A stretch of DNA of 64,000 nt. Source: an uncultured Acidimicrobiaceae bacterium. Lineage in GTDB: Bacteria > Actinomycetota > Acidimicrobiia > Acidimicrobiales > Bog-793. The position numbers were made by a program, and so were the translations under genes. Shown here piece by piece: positions 51,589 to 63,737 of the stretch (positions are counted from its first letter, which is position 1; each line of letters starts with the position of its first letter). Location of the stretch: assembly GCA_963803025.1 (NCBI GenBank), contig CAWDKZ010000009.1, positions 36,616 to 100,615 of the forward strand, written 5' to 3'. The notes beneath the pieces were generated by a model, which was given only the letters and a program-made list of their open reading frames with translations, did no database searches and was not told the origin of the DNA.

Positions 51589-52796
51589 GATCGGGCTCCG
51601 CCCACCGAGTCGGCGGCGAAGCGCGCGAGCTCGCCGACGTCCTTGTCCCCGCGTCCCGACACGTTGATCAGCACCACGTCGTCGGCCGTGAGCGAACCCG
51701 CCAGCTTCCTCGCGTGACTGACCGCGTGCGCGCTCTCGAGGGCGGGAATGATGCCCTCGGCGCGGGCAAGGTACAGCACGGCTTCGACCGCCTCGGCGTC
51801 GGTGGCGTAGGTGACCGTGATACGCCCGGTGTCGCGCAGGTGTGCGAGCTGCGGTCCGACACCTGGGTAGTCAAGCCCCGCACTGATGGAGTGCGCCTCG
51901 GTGATCTGCCCGTCGTCGTCCTGCAACACGTAGCTGCGCGATCCGTGCAAGACCCCGGGACGACCGAACCCGAGGGAAGCCCCGTGCCGGCCGCTCTCGA
52001 TCCCTTCACCACCCGCCTCGACCGCGACCAACGCGACATCGTCGTCAAGGAAAGCGCCGAAGATGCCCATCGAGTTGGACCCGCCCCCGACACAGGCGAC
52101 GACCGCGGTGGGCAGCCGACCGACCCGCGCGAGGCACTGGGCCCGTGCCTCCCGGCCGATCACGGACTGGAACTCGGCGACCATCGACGGGTAGGGATGC
52201 GGGCCGGCGACCGACCCGATCACGTAGTGGGTCGTCGCCGAGGTCGCGATCCAGTCCCGGATCGCCTCGTTCATCGCGTCCTTGAGGGTCTGCGATCCCG
52301 ACCTGACCTCGATGACACGGGCGCCGAGCAGCTCCATCCGCGTCACGTTGAGTGCTTGGCGCCGGACGTCGACAGCGCCCATGAAGATGTCGCAGCTGAT
52401 CCCGAAGAGCGCGCCCGCGGTGGCCGTCGCCACGCCGTGCTGACCGGCACCCGTCTCGGCGATCACGCGCGTCTTGCCCATTCTCCTCGCCAGCAGCAGC
52501 TGACCGAGTGTGTTGTTGATCTTGTGGGCCCCGGTGTGACAGAGATCCTCCCGCTTCAGGAACACCCGCGCCCCGCCACAGTCGCGCGCCATCCGGCCCG
52601 CCTCGGTGAGCGGCGTCGGTCGCCCGGCAAAGTCGGTGAGCAGGGCACCGAGCTCCGCAGAGAAGCCCGGTTCGACCCGGGCCTCCTCCCACGCCGCCTC
52701 GAGCTCGTCGAGAGCGGGAACGAGGGTTTCCGGCACGAAGCGGCCGCCGTAGACACCGAACCAGCCCTTCTTCCCTTCGGTCATGTCCTTGTTCAT
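51585..52796 (-). CDS. trpB: Tryptophan synthase beta
   Basis: [45 protein letters not shown]. Confidence 0.98.
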   Translation of the reverse strand: MNKDMTEGKKGWFGVYGGRFVPETLVPALDELEAAWEEARVEPGFSAELGALLTDFAGRPTPLTEAGRMARDCGGARVFLKREDLCHTGAHKINNTLGQLLLARRMGKTRVIAETGAGQHGVATATAGALFGISCDIFMGAVDVRRQALNVTRMELLGARVIEVRSGSQTLKDAMNEAIRDWIATSATTHYVIGSVAGPHPYPSMVAEFQSVIGREARAQCLARVGRLPTAVVACVGGGSNSMGIFGAFLDDDVALVAVEAGGEGIESGRHGASLGFGRPGVLHGSRSYVLQDDDGQITEAHSISAGLDYPGVGPQLAHLRDTGRITVTYATDAEAVEAVLYLARAEGIIPALESAHAVSHARKLAGSLTADDVVLINVSGRGDKDVGELARFAADSVGGARS

Positions 52797-53413
52797 CGGA
52801 CTCCTCGCACCGCGGCGATGAACGCCGCAATGGCCTCGTGGTCCTTGACACCCGGCCTCGATTCGACACCGCTCGCCACGTCGACGGCAACCGGCGACGC
52901 GACGGAGATCGCCGCCGCCACGTTGGCCGGCGTGAGGCCCCCCGCCAGCACGACCGGCGTCGCCAACGCGAGGTGCGCGACATGGCTCCAGTCGAAGGCG
53001 ATCCCGCTGCCGCCTCTGGCCTGCGTCGACGAGTCGAAGAGGAAGGCCGCGACGTCGAAGCCGCCGAGGCCCGCCACGTCGACCGGCCCGGACACGGGGA
53101 TCGCCTTGATGACGGGCAACCGGCACGCCGCACAGTCGCGGGCGGACTCGTCGCCGTGGAGCTGCACCGCGGTCAGGCCGACGTCCGTCGCGATCGCATT
53201 GATCCGATCGGGGGATTCGTCGACGAAGACGCCCACCTTGCAGACGGACGGTGGCAGCGCGGTGATGATCTCGGCCGCCACCGCATAGTCGCAGAACCGG
53301 GCCGAGCGCGGCGAGAAGTTGAATCCGATCGCGTCTGCCCCACTTGCCACCGCGGCAACGGCGTCCTCGGCCCGGGTGATCCCGCAGATCTTCACGGCCA
53401 CTGCCATCCTCAT
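52793..53413 (-). CDS. trpF: Phosphoribosylanthranilate isomerase
   Basis: VKICGIT, VGVFV, QLHGDE, LAGGL, DVASGVE. Confidence 0.95.
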   Translation of the reverse strand: MRMAVAVKICGITRAEDAVAAVASGADAIGFNFSPRSARFCDYAVAAEIITALPPSVCKVGVFVDESPDRINAIATDVGLTAVQLHGDESARDCAACRLPVIKAIPVSGPVDVAGLGGFDVAAFLFDSSTQARGGSGIAFDWSHVAHLALATPVVLAGGLTPANVAAAISVASPVAVDVASGVESRPGVKDHEAIAAFIAAVRGVR

Positions 53414-54198
53414 CGCACCCCGACGAGCTCGGCTAGCAGCGCGCCGCGGTCCGGCGACCGGACCAGCGCCTCGCCGACGAGGAAGTTGGCGAACCCCGAC
53501 ACGCGCAGTCTCGCGACGTCCGCGGCCGAGCGGATGCCGCTTTCTGCGACCACGACGACCTCCGGCCCGACCAGCGGCCCCAATCGCTCGGCCGTGGCGA
53601 GATCGACGTCGAACGTGGCGAGATTGCGGCTGTTGAGTCCGATGAGGCGACAGTTCTCGACACCGAGCGCACTCTCCAGCTCGGTCTCGTCGTGCGCCTC
53701 GACGAGCACCTCGAGACCCAGGGCCAGGGCGGCGGCGTGGAGGTCCCGCAGCTTGCCCACGGGCAGCGCAGCCACGATGAGCAGCACCGCATCCGCTCCG
53801 GCGCACCTCGACTCGACGAGTTGGTAGCTGTCGATGATGAAGTCCTTGCGCAATAGCGGCAGATCCACCTGCGCGCGCGCGGCACGCAGATCGTCGAGGC
53901 TGCCGCCAAAACCCACGGCGTCAGTGAGAATGGAGATCGCGCTCGCCCCGTGATCCTGGTAGGCCCGGGACAGGGTGGCGACGTCCATATCGCGGCCGAT
54001 CACTCCGGCGGACGGCGACGCGCGCTTGATCTCGGCGATGACCCGGATCGGCCCCCCGGACACCGACAGGGTGCCGGCAAGGGCACGACAAGCCGGGAGC
54101 TCGGCGAGCACGGACTCCAGCTCGCCCTGGGGCACGTGCAACTTGGCCGTGGCGACCTCGACGCGTTTGCGTTCGACGATCGAAAGGAGTCTGTTCAT
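53410..54198 (-). CDS. trpC: Indole-3-glycerol phosphate synthase
   Basis: [30 protein letters not shown]. Confidence 0.96.
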   Translation of the reverse strand: MNRLLSIVERKRVEVATAKLHVPQGELESVLAELPACRALAGTLSVSGGPIRVIAEIKRASPSAGVIGRDMDVATLSRAYQDHGASAISILTDAVGFGGSLDDLRAARAQVDLPLLRKDFIIDSYQLVESRCAGADAVLLIVAALPVGKLRDLHAAALALGLEVLVEAHDETELESALGVENCRLIGLNSRNLATFDVDLATAERLGPLVGPEVVVVAESGIRSAADVARLRVSGFANFLVGEALVRSPDRGALLAELVGVR

Positions 54199-55204
54199 TT
54201 CGCTCTCGACAGGGCAACCACCGTCGCGAGCGTGCGGCGCGCCCTCCCGTCGTCGATCGCCCGCGCCGCGAGCTTGACCCCTGCGCGTATCGATCTCGCC
54301 CTGCCGGCGACGTAGAGCGCGGCTCCCGCGTTCGCCAGCACGGCGTCGCGGGGACCGCCGGTCTCCCCGGACAGCACCGTCGTGCAGATCGCGGCGTTGC
54401 GCGCGGCATCGCCACCACGCAGGTCCTCACGCCGCCAGGTCGACAACCCGAGTTCATCCGGGGTGAGCGTGAACGCCGACAAGAAATTCTGGCGCACCTC
54501 GTGCACGAGCGTCGTGCCGCTGACGGCGATCTCGTCCGTCCCGTCCCCGTGCACGACGAGTGCGTGCTCCGTGCCGAGCGACCGCAGCGCATCCGCGACG
54601 ACGGCGACATGACCCTCCGTCGACACGCCGACGACCTGCCGCGTGGCCGAAGCCGGGTTCGCCAGGGGGCCGATGAGGTTGAAGATCGTCGGCACTCCCA
54701 GCGCGGTGCGAGTGGCCCCCACCGCCCTGAACGCCGAGTGGTGGTTCGGCGCGAAGAGGAAGCCGAGTCGCGCCTTCCTCATGCACTGCTGGAACACCTC
54801 CGTGTCGCCGAGCACGACGCCGAGCTCCTCGAGCACGTCAGCGGAACCACAACGCGACGACGCCGACCGGTTGCCGTGCTTGGCAACCGACGCGCCCGCC
54901 GCCGCCGCGACGATGGCGGCCATCGTGGAGATGTTGAAGGTGCCCGCCCCGTCCCCCCCGGTGCCGCAGGTGTCGACGACGACTCTCTCCGCGACGTCCA
55001 CCTTCTTGGCATGGCGGCGCATCACCCGGGCGGCGGAGCTGATCTCCTCCGCCGTTTCGCCCTTCGTGTGCAGGGCGGTCAGCAGCGCACCGACCTGGAT
55101 CTGGTTGACGTCACCGCTGGCGATCTGCTCCATCGCCGCCGTCATCTCGTCGCTCGTGAGGTCACGGCGGGCGGTTGCCGCGCGCAGCGCGCTAAGGATC
55201 GCGC

Positions 55205-55208
<4 letters not shown>
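54195..55208 (-). CDS. trpD: Anthranilate phosphoribosyltransferase
   Basis: DTCGTGGDG, FNIST, KHGNRS, GPLANP. Confidence 0.97.
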
Positions 55209-55785
<577 letters not shown>

Positions 55786-55789
<4 letters not shown>

Positions 55790-57306
55790 CGCCGATCACC
55801 GCCTTCTCCCGTCTGACCTTGTGCCCGCAGAACAGCCGCGAGGAGCGCATTCGCCTTGTGGACGGTCTCGGCCTGTTCCGTCGCAGGCTCGGAGTTGTAG
55901 ACGACGCCGGCGCCCGCCTGGACGGTGAGCGCACCTGACGCGCAGAGCAAGGTGCGGATGATGATCGCCATGTCCATGTTGCCGTCGTCACCGAGGTAGC
56001 CGATGCACCCGGCGTAGGGACCGCGGCCCCGTCCCTCGAGCTCGGCGATGATCTCCATCGCGCGCACCTTCGGCGCCCCGGTCACCGTCCCGGCCGGGAA
56101 CACGGCGCGCAGGGCGTCGACGGTGTCGACGTGTGGCGAGAGTCGCCCGCGCACCTGCGAGACCATGTGCATGACGTGGGAGTACCTCTCCACCGCCCGA
56201 AAGAGGTCCACCCGAACGGTGCCGACCTCGGCGACCCGCCCGACGTCGTTGCGGGCGAGGTCGACGAGCATCAGGTGCTCGGCGTTCTCCTTCGGGTCGG
56301 CGAGCAGTTCGGCGACGAGGCGCTCGTCCTCGGCCGGCCCGGATCCCCGCGGTCGCGTGCCGGCGATCGGCCGGACGACGAGCTCCCGATCCCGAATCCG
56401 CGCGAGCGCCTCGGGTGAACTGCCGACGAGCGCCCGGCCGTCGTGCTCGAAGTAGAAGAGGTACGGGGAGGGATTCAGCAGCCGCAGTTCCTGATAGATC
56501 GCGAACGGGTCGATGTCGAGCTCCGCCCGGAAGCGCTGGGAGACCACGACCTGCTGGCAATCGCCAGCCTCGATGTACTCCTTCACGCGCGCGACGGCGC
56601 GCTCGTATGCGGCCGCCGGACGTTCTGGCTCGACGGTCACCGAGCCCGACCCGGGCGGGCGCGGCGCGTTCGGCGGCGCGGGCGGCGCGGCGACGCTGAT
56701 CTCGTGAACGACCGACTCGATCTCGCGGGCCGCCCTGGCGTAGGCGACCCGGGGATCAGCGAACGCCTCGATCACCGACTCCACGATCACGTGCACGACC
56801 TCGAGGCGGTGGTCGAAGGCGACGATCGTGCCGCATCGCACGAAGAGCGCGTCCGGGAATCCGTCGGGCGAGCTCATCACCGGGACACGCGGCTCGCTGA
56901 GGTGGACGGTCTCGTAGGAAAGGAAGCCGACGAGTCCGCTGATGAAGGGCGGGGCGTCGTCGAACGACGATCCCGCGCGGGCTGCGAGACCGCGGCGCAG
57001 CTCGTCGTACGGATCGCCGTGATCCTCGCCGAATGACCACTCCACGACGGGAACGCCGCCGCAACCGAGGAACGTCCAGCGATCCCGCTCGTCGTCGTGT
57101 GCCACGGACTCGAAGAGAAAGGCGCCGCCCGGGCGGCGCCGCAGCGCGGTGAACGCGGCGACGGGCGTGATGTCGCCCGTGGGGACGACCGTTCTGACGA
57201 TCGTGGTGCACGCGACACTCTGAGGTTGCGCCCCCCGACCGAACGCTGCGCGGTCGGGAACGAGACTCAGCTCAGAGTTGCCAAAGGCACCTCGCCACCG
57301 ACGCAC
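55786..57306 (-). CDS. trpE: Anthranilate synthase component I (start uncertain)
   Basis: NPSPY, GSSPE, PIAGT, EHLMLVDLARND, FPAGTVTGAPK. Confidence 0.93.
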
Positions 57307-57370
57307 CCTCGCGCGGCACGTTGCTTCCGGCGTTTCGCAGCGGAGCGAAGGCGTGCGTCAGATCCGACAT
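57272..57370 (-). promoter_or_regulatory. Candidate leaderless leader ORF of the trp operon
   Basis: TGGACA-N18-TAGGTT-N7-ATG; MSDLTHAFAPLRNAGSNVPREGASVARCLWQL*. Confidence 0.4.
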
Positions 57371-57584
57371 GGCCCGGAACCTACTAAGGCTTCCCGATCA
57401 ATGTCCAGTCGCGCGCCGCGCGCACCTCACGACTCGGCTGAGCATGCCGGGTTCCGGCTCCCCCGTCCTCCGCCGATCCGGGCCATTCCCCGCACTTCTC
57501 GAACCGGCGGCCACCCTCGTTGGCTCGCGACCCCGGCTCGAATTCTCCGCCGGGTCCAGGACATGACAGGTACGGTGGCCGTCG

Positions 57585-58262
57585 ATGGACATCGGGCCCC
57601 TCGTTTCGGGCGTCGACGCCGAGCTGCGCGCCGCCGGGTCAAAGGATCGCGCCGGACGCGAGAAGGCCTACCTGAAGAGCGCGCTCGAGCACTACGGCAC
57701 GCCGATGCCCGCTGTGCGATCGATCGCGCAGGCCGTCCGCCGACGCCACCCGGAGCTGGACCACGACGACCTCATCGCGCTCGTCGACGCCCTCTGGTCG
57801 GTGCCCGTGCACAAGAGGCGCATGCTCGCCGTCGCCCTGCTCGAGGTGAACGTCGAGTCCGTGCGCGCCGAGGACGTCCCGGCTCTCGAACGATTGCTGC
57901 GAGAGTCGCGAACCTGGGCCCTCGTCGACGGGCTCGCCACGTCCGTCGTCGGGCCGCTCGTCGAGCGCCAGCCGGACCTGTGCCCGGTGCTCGACCGGTG
58001 GGCAGGCGACGACGATTTCTGGTTGCGCCGGTCTGCCCTCCTCGCGCTGCTCCCCGGACTGCGCCGCGGGTCGGGCGACTTCAGGCGTTTCTCCCGCTAC
58101 GCGGACTCGATGCTCGCCGAACGCGAGTTCTTCATCCGCAAGGCCATCGGTTGGGTATTGCGTGAAACGGCGAAGAAGCGGCCGGTGCTCGTCTACGAAT
58201 GGCTGCTCCCGAGGGCGCCGGCCGCCTCCGGCGTGACGCTGCGCGAGGCCGTCCGGCCGCTC
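57585..58262 (+). CDS. AlkD-like DNA alkylation repair protein, C-terminus fused in frame to IS1634 transposase
   Basis: TWALVD, DDDFWLRRSALL, EFFIRKAIGWVLRE, SGVTLREAV. Confidence 0.85.
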
Positions 58263-59978
58263 GGCAAGAACACCCACCGGACCCTGTTGCGCTTGGGCGA
58301 GGTCACCGAGCTTCGTGCCTCGGGCCAGCTCGACCGCATCATCAACGCGCTGCGCACCTATGCCGAGGGGAACTGGTTCGAGGCCGGCGAGCTGTCGGGC
58401 GAAGGTGGCCCGAGCCTCGGAGGGGTGGCCGCCTGCCACGCCTTGTTCACGCGCCTTGGTCTCGATTCCCATTTCGACGCGGTCGGCAAGGCACGCAAGT
58501 CCTTGTCGCTCAAGGACACCGTGTTCGTGATGCTGGCCAACCGCCTGACCGAACCGAGGTCCAAGAGACGCACGATCAAGGAGTGGCTCTCGAGCAGTCG
58601 CTTTGCCGAAGGGCGTCGATGCACCAAGCCTCGATCGTTGCTACCGGGCGATCGACGCGTTGGCCGCCTCCAAGGAGTCGACCGAGGCGCACCTTTACTC
58701 CAAGCTCTGCAACCTCACGAACCTGGACCTGCGCCTGGTCTGTTACGACCTGACCTCCTGCTACTTCGAGACCGAGGGACCGGGCGGTCCGAGGTTCCCC
58801 TCGCTCGCCTACGGCTACAGCCGCGACCACCGCAGCGACCGTCCCCAGGTCGTGATCGGACTGCTCGTCACCGGTGACGGCATCCCGATCGCCCACCACG
58901 TCTTCTCCGGCAACACGTCTGACGTCTCGAGCTTGCCGTCGATCATGGAGGACCTCCAGCAGCGCTTCGGGGTCGGCCACATCGTGCTCGTCGCCGACAG
59001 AGGCCTCATCTCAGAGGACAACCTCGCCCTGGTCGAAGCCCACGGCTTCGACCACGTACTGGCGACACGGCTGCACCACGACGAGGACGTGGCCGCAGTG
59101 CTGGAAAAGGCGAACGCCCGGGACAGTTCCTGGATGGCGGTTCCAGAGGCGCGCAGCTTCGTGCCGAGGTCGCCCACGACGGGCGGCGCTTTGTCGTGGT
59201 GTTCTCGCCCACCCGCTATCTGAGGGACCGTGCCCGGCACCGGAGCCTGTGTGCCAGGGTCGAAGACGGCCTCATCGCGCTAGAGGCAAGGGTGCGCTCG
59301 GGCCGTCTCGTCGACCCGGCCAAGATCGGTGCGGCCGCCGACCGGGTCCTCCGTGACTCGGGAGTGGGCCGGTGCTTCACCACGACGGTCAAGAAGGGCC
59401 ACTTCTCCTGGGACTTCGACGAGAAGGCAAGGCGTTACGACGAGGAACTGCTCTGCGGTCGCTATGTGATCACGACATCGCTCGACGCCTCCGAGGGTCA
59501 ACTGCGCCCAGGTGCTGCGCTACTACCGCAGCCTGCAGAACGTCGAAGCCAGGTTCAGGGTCACCAAAGACTTCCTGGCGCTGCGGCCTGTCTTCCATTG
59601 GACCGAGAACCGTGTGAGGGGCCACATCGCCCTGTGCATCCTGGCGGCGACGATTGAGGCAGTCATGACCAAGGACCTCGCCGCCGCCAAGGTGATGGAC
59701 CCGGACCTTGCCTTTCAGCACATGACACCTCGCCGGGCGCTCGCCGAGCTCGCCGAGGTACGCCTCGAGCTAGTCAGCGCCGGCGAGCGCGACATCGAGC
59801 TCGTAAGCAGGCCGACTCCACTCCAGGCCAGGGTGCTCCAAGCCTCGGTGTGGACACCTCCACCCTGGGCCAACGCCACAATCGCCTGAGCTGGGCGAAC
59901 AGATCCCGCAGTGGAAATAATCCTTCTCCGCGCCCCCCTATCTACCTGGACTTACGCGATTCACCCGCCAAAGTCCAG
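58263..59978 (+). mobile_element. IS1634-family element (copy C): left end deleted, transposase frameshifted
   Basis: GKNTHRTLLRLGE.., YDLTSCYFE, YGYSRDHRSDRPQV, VEARFRV; right end CCCGCCAAAGTCCAG. Confidence 0.85.
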
Positions 59979-60029
59979 CGAGAAGACCGAAACGGGAAAC
60001 GAGGACGACGAAGCCGACGACGAGTCAGC

Positions 60030-60275
60030 AGTGCTGGGGACGATCGTCCTCGACGGCAAGATACTTGGGGCGCGAGGATCGACCAAAGCCCTGCGGTGCA
60101 CCTCCTCTCGGCGATGATCCACGCCCCAGGCGCGTCGATCGCCCAGCGGGAGGTCGACTAGAAGACGAAGCAGATCACCGGCTTTCGCCCACTGCTCTGC
60201 GGTCTCGACTTGAAGGGCGTTGTCGTGCCGCAGACGCGATGCACGCGCAGCGCGAGCATGCTCGCTTCGTGCTCG
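60030..60275 (+). pseudogene. ISAs1-family transposase fragment
   Basis: IVLDGK, AVHLLSA, AQREVD*KT..ITGFRPLL..LDL, ADAMHAQREHA. Confidence 0.65.
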
Positions 60276-60730
60276 GAAGAAGCGCAGATCGAGGAGCGCC
60301 TGGCCGGAGTGCCCGGAACAGTGGCCGGTCTTGCCCGAAAGCTGCTGGTCCGCTGCCGGGAGCTCACCGTGTGGGCCAACGAGCTCGAGTGCGAGATCAC
60401 GGTGATTGTCCGAAGGTTAGGGGTCTACAGGTGCTCGTGAAACTCGACCCAAGCGCCACGCCATACCCCGATGAACCGGGGCGTTCGCCTGAACAGAAAC
60501 GGGTCTGCCTTCGCGTCGAACCCTGGCCCGACCCGGTGATCGACGAGGTCGGTCACGACCCGCGATCGGCCTGCCTGAATGCAGGGAGTCGACTCGCTGG
60601 TCCCGCCTGGAACGCTAACGTCCCTGGAATGCCGCCGGCTGACCTTCCATATAAGCCTCGAGGGCTTCGACTCGGTAGCAACGGCTCCGCCCGGGGGGTC
60701 TGGCCGGTATTGTTTGCAGCCTCGTTCGAC

Positions 60731-62279
60731 TCACACTCTGGTCATCGTGCCTTCCCAAGTCCCGACCTTCGACTGCTTCATTTCCTCGGCGCTGAACCAG
60801 TGCGTGGTCACGGACTTCGTCTCCGTGTAAAAGGCAATGCCATCCCGGCCCATGGCGTGCAAGTCACCGAAGAAACTCGCCTTGTGTCCGCTGAACGGGA
60901 AGACCGAGATCGGCACCGGAATGCCAACGTTGATCCCGACCATCCCAGCGTGTGTCCGTCTTGCGAACTCGCGCGAGTAGTACCCGTTCAGCGTGAAGAT
61001 CGCGGAGCCATTGGCGAACTCACTCGAATTCGCCACCTCCAGACCCTCCTCGAATCCCGCGACTCGCTTCATGCACAGCACCGGCCCGAAGATCTCGTCG
61101 ATCCCCACACGCATGTCCGGCGCGACGTGGTCGAACACGGTCGCACCGACGAAATACCCCTTCTCGTAACCGGGAACGACCGCATTCCGTCCGTCGAGCA
61201 CGAGCTTCGCACCTTCAGACACGCCCTTTTCGATCCAGTCCAAGACAAAGCGACGGTGCTCTTCTGTGACCAGAGGCCCAAGCTCGGTGGTCGGCTCCCA
61301 TGCTGGTCCCATCTTCAAGTTCTTCCCAATCTCGACGACGGCTTCGATCAGCTCGTCGGCGATCGGGTCCTCAACGCACACGACCGGCAGGGCCATGCAG
61401 CGCTGGCCGGCGCAGCCGAACGCCGAGTTGACGATGCGTGCGGCCGTCGGCCGGATCGGGGCGTCGCGGAGAACGAGCGCGTGGTTCTTCGCCTCGGTCA
61501 GGCACTGCACGCGCTTGCCGGCGGCGGTTGCGGTCGCGTAAATGTGCCTACCGGTTGCAGTCGAGCCGACGAAGGACACGCCGCGAATGTCCGGGTGCGT
61601 GAGCAGGATCTCAGCCTCCGACCGGGAGCAGGTGACCGTGTTCAGCACGCCCTTGGGCAAACCCGCCTCGGCCAGCAACTCCGTCATCCGAATCGCCGTC
61701 TGCGGAGCCCAGCTCGCGGCCTTAAGCACGAATGTGTTCCCGGTCGTGACTGCAAGAGGGATCATCCAACCCATCGGTATCATCGCCGGAAAGTTGAACG
61801 GCACGATTCCGGCGAAGACGCCCAGCGGCTCGCGGTAGCTGACGGTGTCATAGCCGGTGGAGACGCTCATCAGGCTGTCGCCCTGCATAGTGACGGGTAG
61901 AGCGCACGCGAGCTCCACGACCTCAATGGCCTTCAGCACGTCGCCGCGCGCCTCGGCCAGGTTCTTGCCCATCTCTTTCGCGAGCAGGACGGCGAGCTCG
62001 TTGAGCTCGCGCTCGACCAGCTGCTTGAACTGGAACATGACCTGCACGCGCGCCGGGAGCGGCGTGTCACGCCAGGCTGGATAGGCGGCCGCTGCAGCAG
62101 CGACCGCCTCATTCACCTCAGCCGCAGTGCACTTTGGCGCTTCAGCCATCACCTCGCCGGTGCTCGAGTTGGTCACCGGCATATATTCGCTGCTCTCGGT
62201 GTCCCGCCACTCACGTCGAAAAGAAGTCGCCATCCACAAAAAACTGCAGCCTCCTCGGTGTCACGGCATGTCCCTTCAT
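60731..62279 (-). CDS. CoA-acylating (methyl)malonate-semialdehyde dehydrogenase (MmsA/IolA family); 5' end out of frame
   Basis: PFNFPAMIP, FVGST, EAKNH, FGCAGQRCMA, EIFGPV, GINVGIPVP, FGDLHAMG. Confidence 0.9.
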
Positions 62280-62578
62280 GAAGCTCAAGTCCAGGCTCAA
62301 CTCTTCCATCGCTAGCACAAGTTCCGTCAGATGGTTATATTGTCACTATACTTCAGTTTTTCTGCTTCATGCTCATTGTGAAGAGCCACTAACCGCTTCG
62401 GGAGGCTCGTACCTGGGTGGCGTTGACCCTGGGGGCGAAGCAATCTGGCGCCGCCATACCAGTAGACCTGAGCCTCACATGAGGAGGCTGTCACCTGTTC
62501 CGGGACCGCGTTCCCAGACGTCTAGTCGGGCTACACGGGGCCCGCTTGCGCCGAGGTTGCTTAGTCCCTTAACAGGCG

Positions 62579-63718
62579 CTATTTGACATCGGGGTTCGGC
62601 AAGATGAAGTCGCGGATCACAGCGACGAGCTCCTGGTACGACTGGATGAAAGCGCGAAGCGTCCGGACCGTGGCTCCGTAGGAGTCGAACTCCTCGGGCG
62701 TCATGCCGTCGAGGTCGTAGGCGGCCCTGAAGTCGGGGAAGCTGCGATAGAGCTCCTCGAGGATCTTCTCGGGGACAGGGTCGTCCATATGCGGCACGAC
62801 CTCGATGTCCGACTCGTTGAAAAGGCGCTGCCACGCGTGCGGGATCGTCATCGAGATGTCGCCGCCTATGAGCTCGGTCCAGTGGAGGCGGCTGCGGTAG
62901 GCGGCGGCGAGCAGCCTTGTCCGGTAGCCGCGTTCGCGGTAGATGCCGTAGGCCTTCTTGAGACAGGCGATGCCGGCCCAATGCACGATGCCTGGGTCGA
63001 CCAGGACACCGTCGCGCTTTACGAGCACCTGCATCCAGTCGTCGAGGCGGCCAACCATCATCGTGCAGACCGGCACCGTCGTCGAGGTGTCCTCGCCCGC
63101 GGCCTGCGGCGGCGTACCAGCCCGCGCTCGACCGCCTCGGCCACGGCGAGCGCCTGGGGCACGGTGAAGCAGACCGTCGCGGTGATCGGAGATGCCGGCG
63201 GCCGTCACGTCTTCGATCGCTTGTACCCCCGCTCGGGTGACCGGGATCTTCACCTGTATGTTGGGCGCCAGAGCGCCGAACCGGACGGCTTGCTCGGTGA
63301 TGCGGGCGGCATCACGGTAGAACTTCGGGTCCGTCTGGATCGAGAGGTAGCCCTTTGTGCCGTGCTCACGCTCGAAGACCGGCAGCAACAGCTCGGCACC
63401 GCGGACCGCCATTTCCTCGTTGAGCTTCCAAGTGACCTCGTCCTCTGTCCAGGTCTGGTTCTCGGCGACGATCTCGGCGATGCGGTCGCGCCACAGGTGC
63501 ATCTCCTTCTTCAGCACTTCGCCGATGATGGTCGGGTTGCTCGTCGCGCCGACCGCTCCGCGTTCGATCGCGTAGGTCAGTTCCTCGACCGAGCAGGAGT
63601 CGTTCCAGTAGTCGGTCGCTGTCGTCGAAGCTGTCTTGTACAACGCGCCCTTGGCAGCAGCTCCGTTGTCACGCTCCGATAGCGACGCTTCAGAGGAGCT
63701 TGGTGCTGTGATCGACAT
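62579..63718 (-). CDS. Transaldolase-family protein with two compensating frameshifts near 63105-63190
   Basis: WNDS, GATSNP, SIQTDP, VKIPVT; the TATVCFTVPQ segment lies in another frame; GRLDD, LLAAAYR. Confidence 0.85.
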   Translation of the reverse strand: MSITAPSSSEASLSERDNGAAAKGALYKTASTTATDYWNDSCSVEELTYAIERGAVGATSNPTIIGEVLKKEMHLWRDRIAEIVAENQTWTEDEVTWKLNEEMAVRGAELLLPVFEREHGTKGYLSIQTDPKFYRDAARITEQAVRFGALAPNIQVKIPVTRAGVQAIEDVTAAGISDHRDGLLHRAPGARRGRGGRARAGTPPQAAGEDTSTTVPVCTMMVGRLDDWMQVLVKRDGVLVDPGIVHWAGIACLKKAYGIYRERGYRTRLLAAAYRSRLHWTELIGGDISMTIPHAWQRLFNESDIEVVPHMDDPVPEKILEELYRSFPDFRAAYDLDGMTPEEFDSYGATVRTLRAFIQSYQELVAVIRDFILPNPDVK

Positions 63719-63737
63719 TTGGTCTCCTCGTCTCAGG

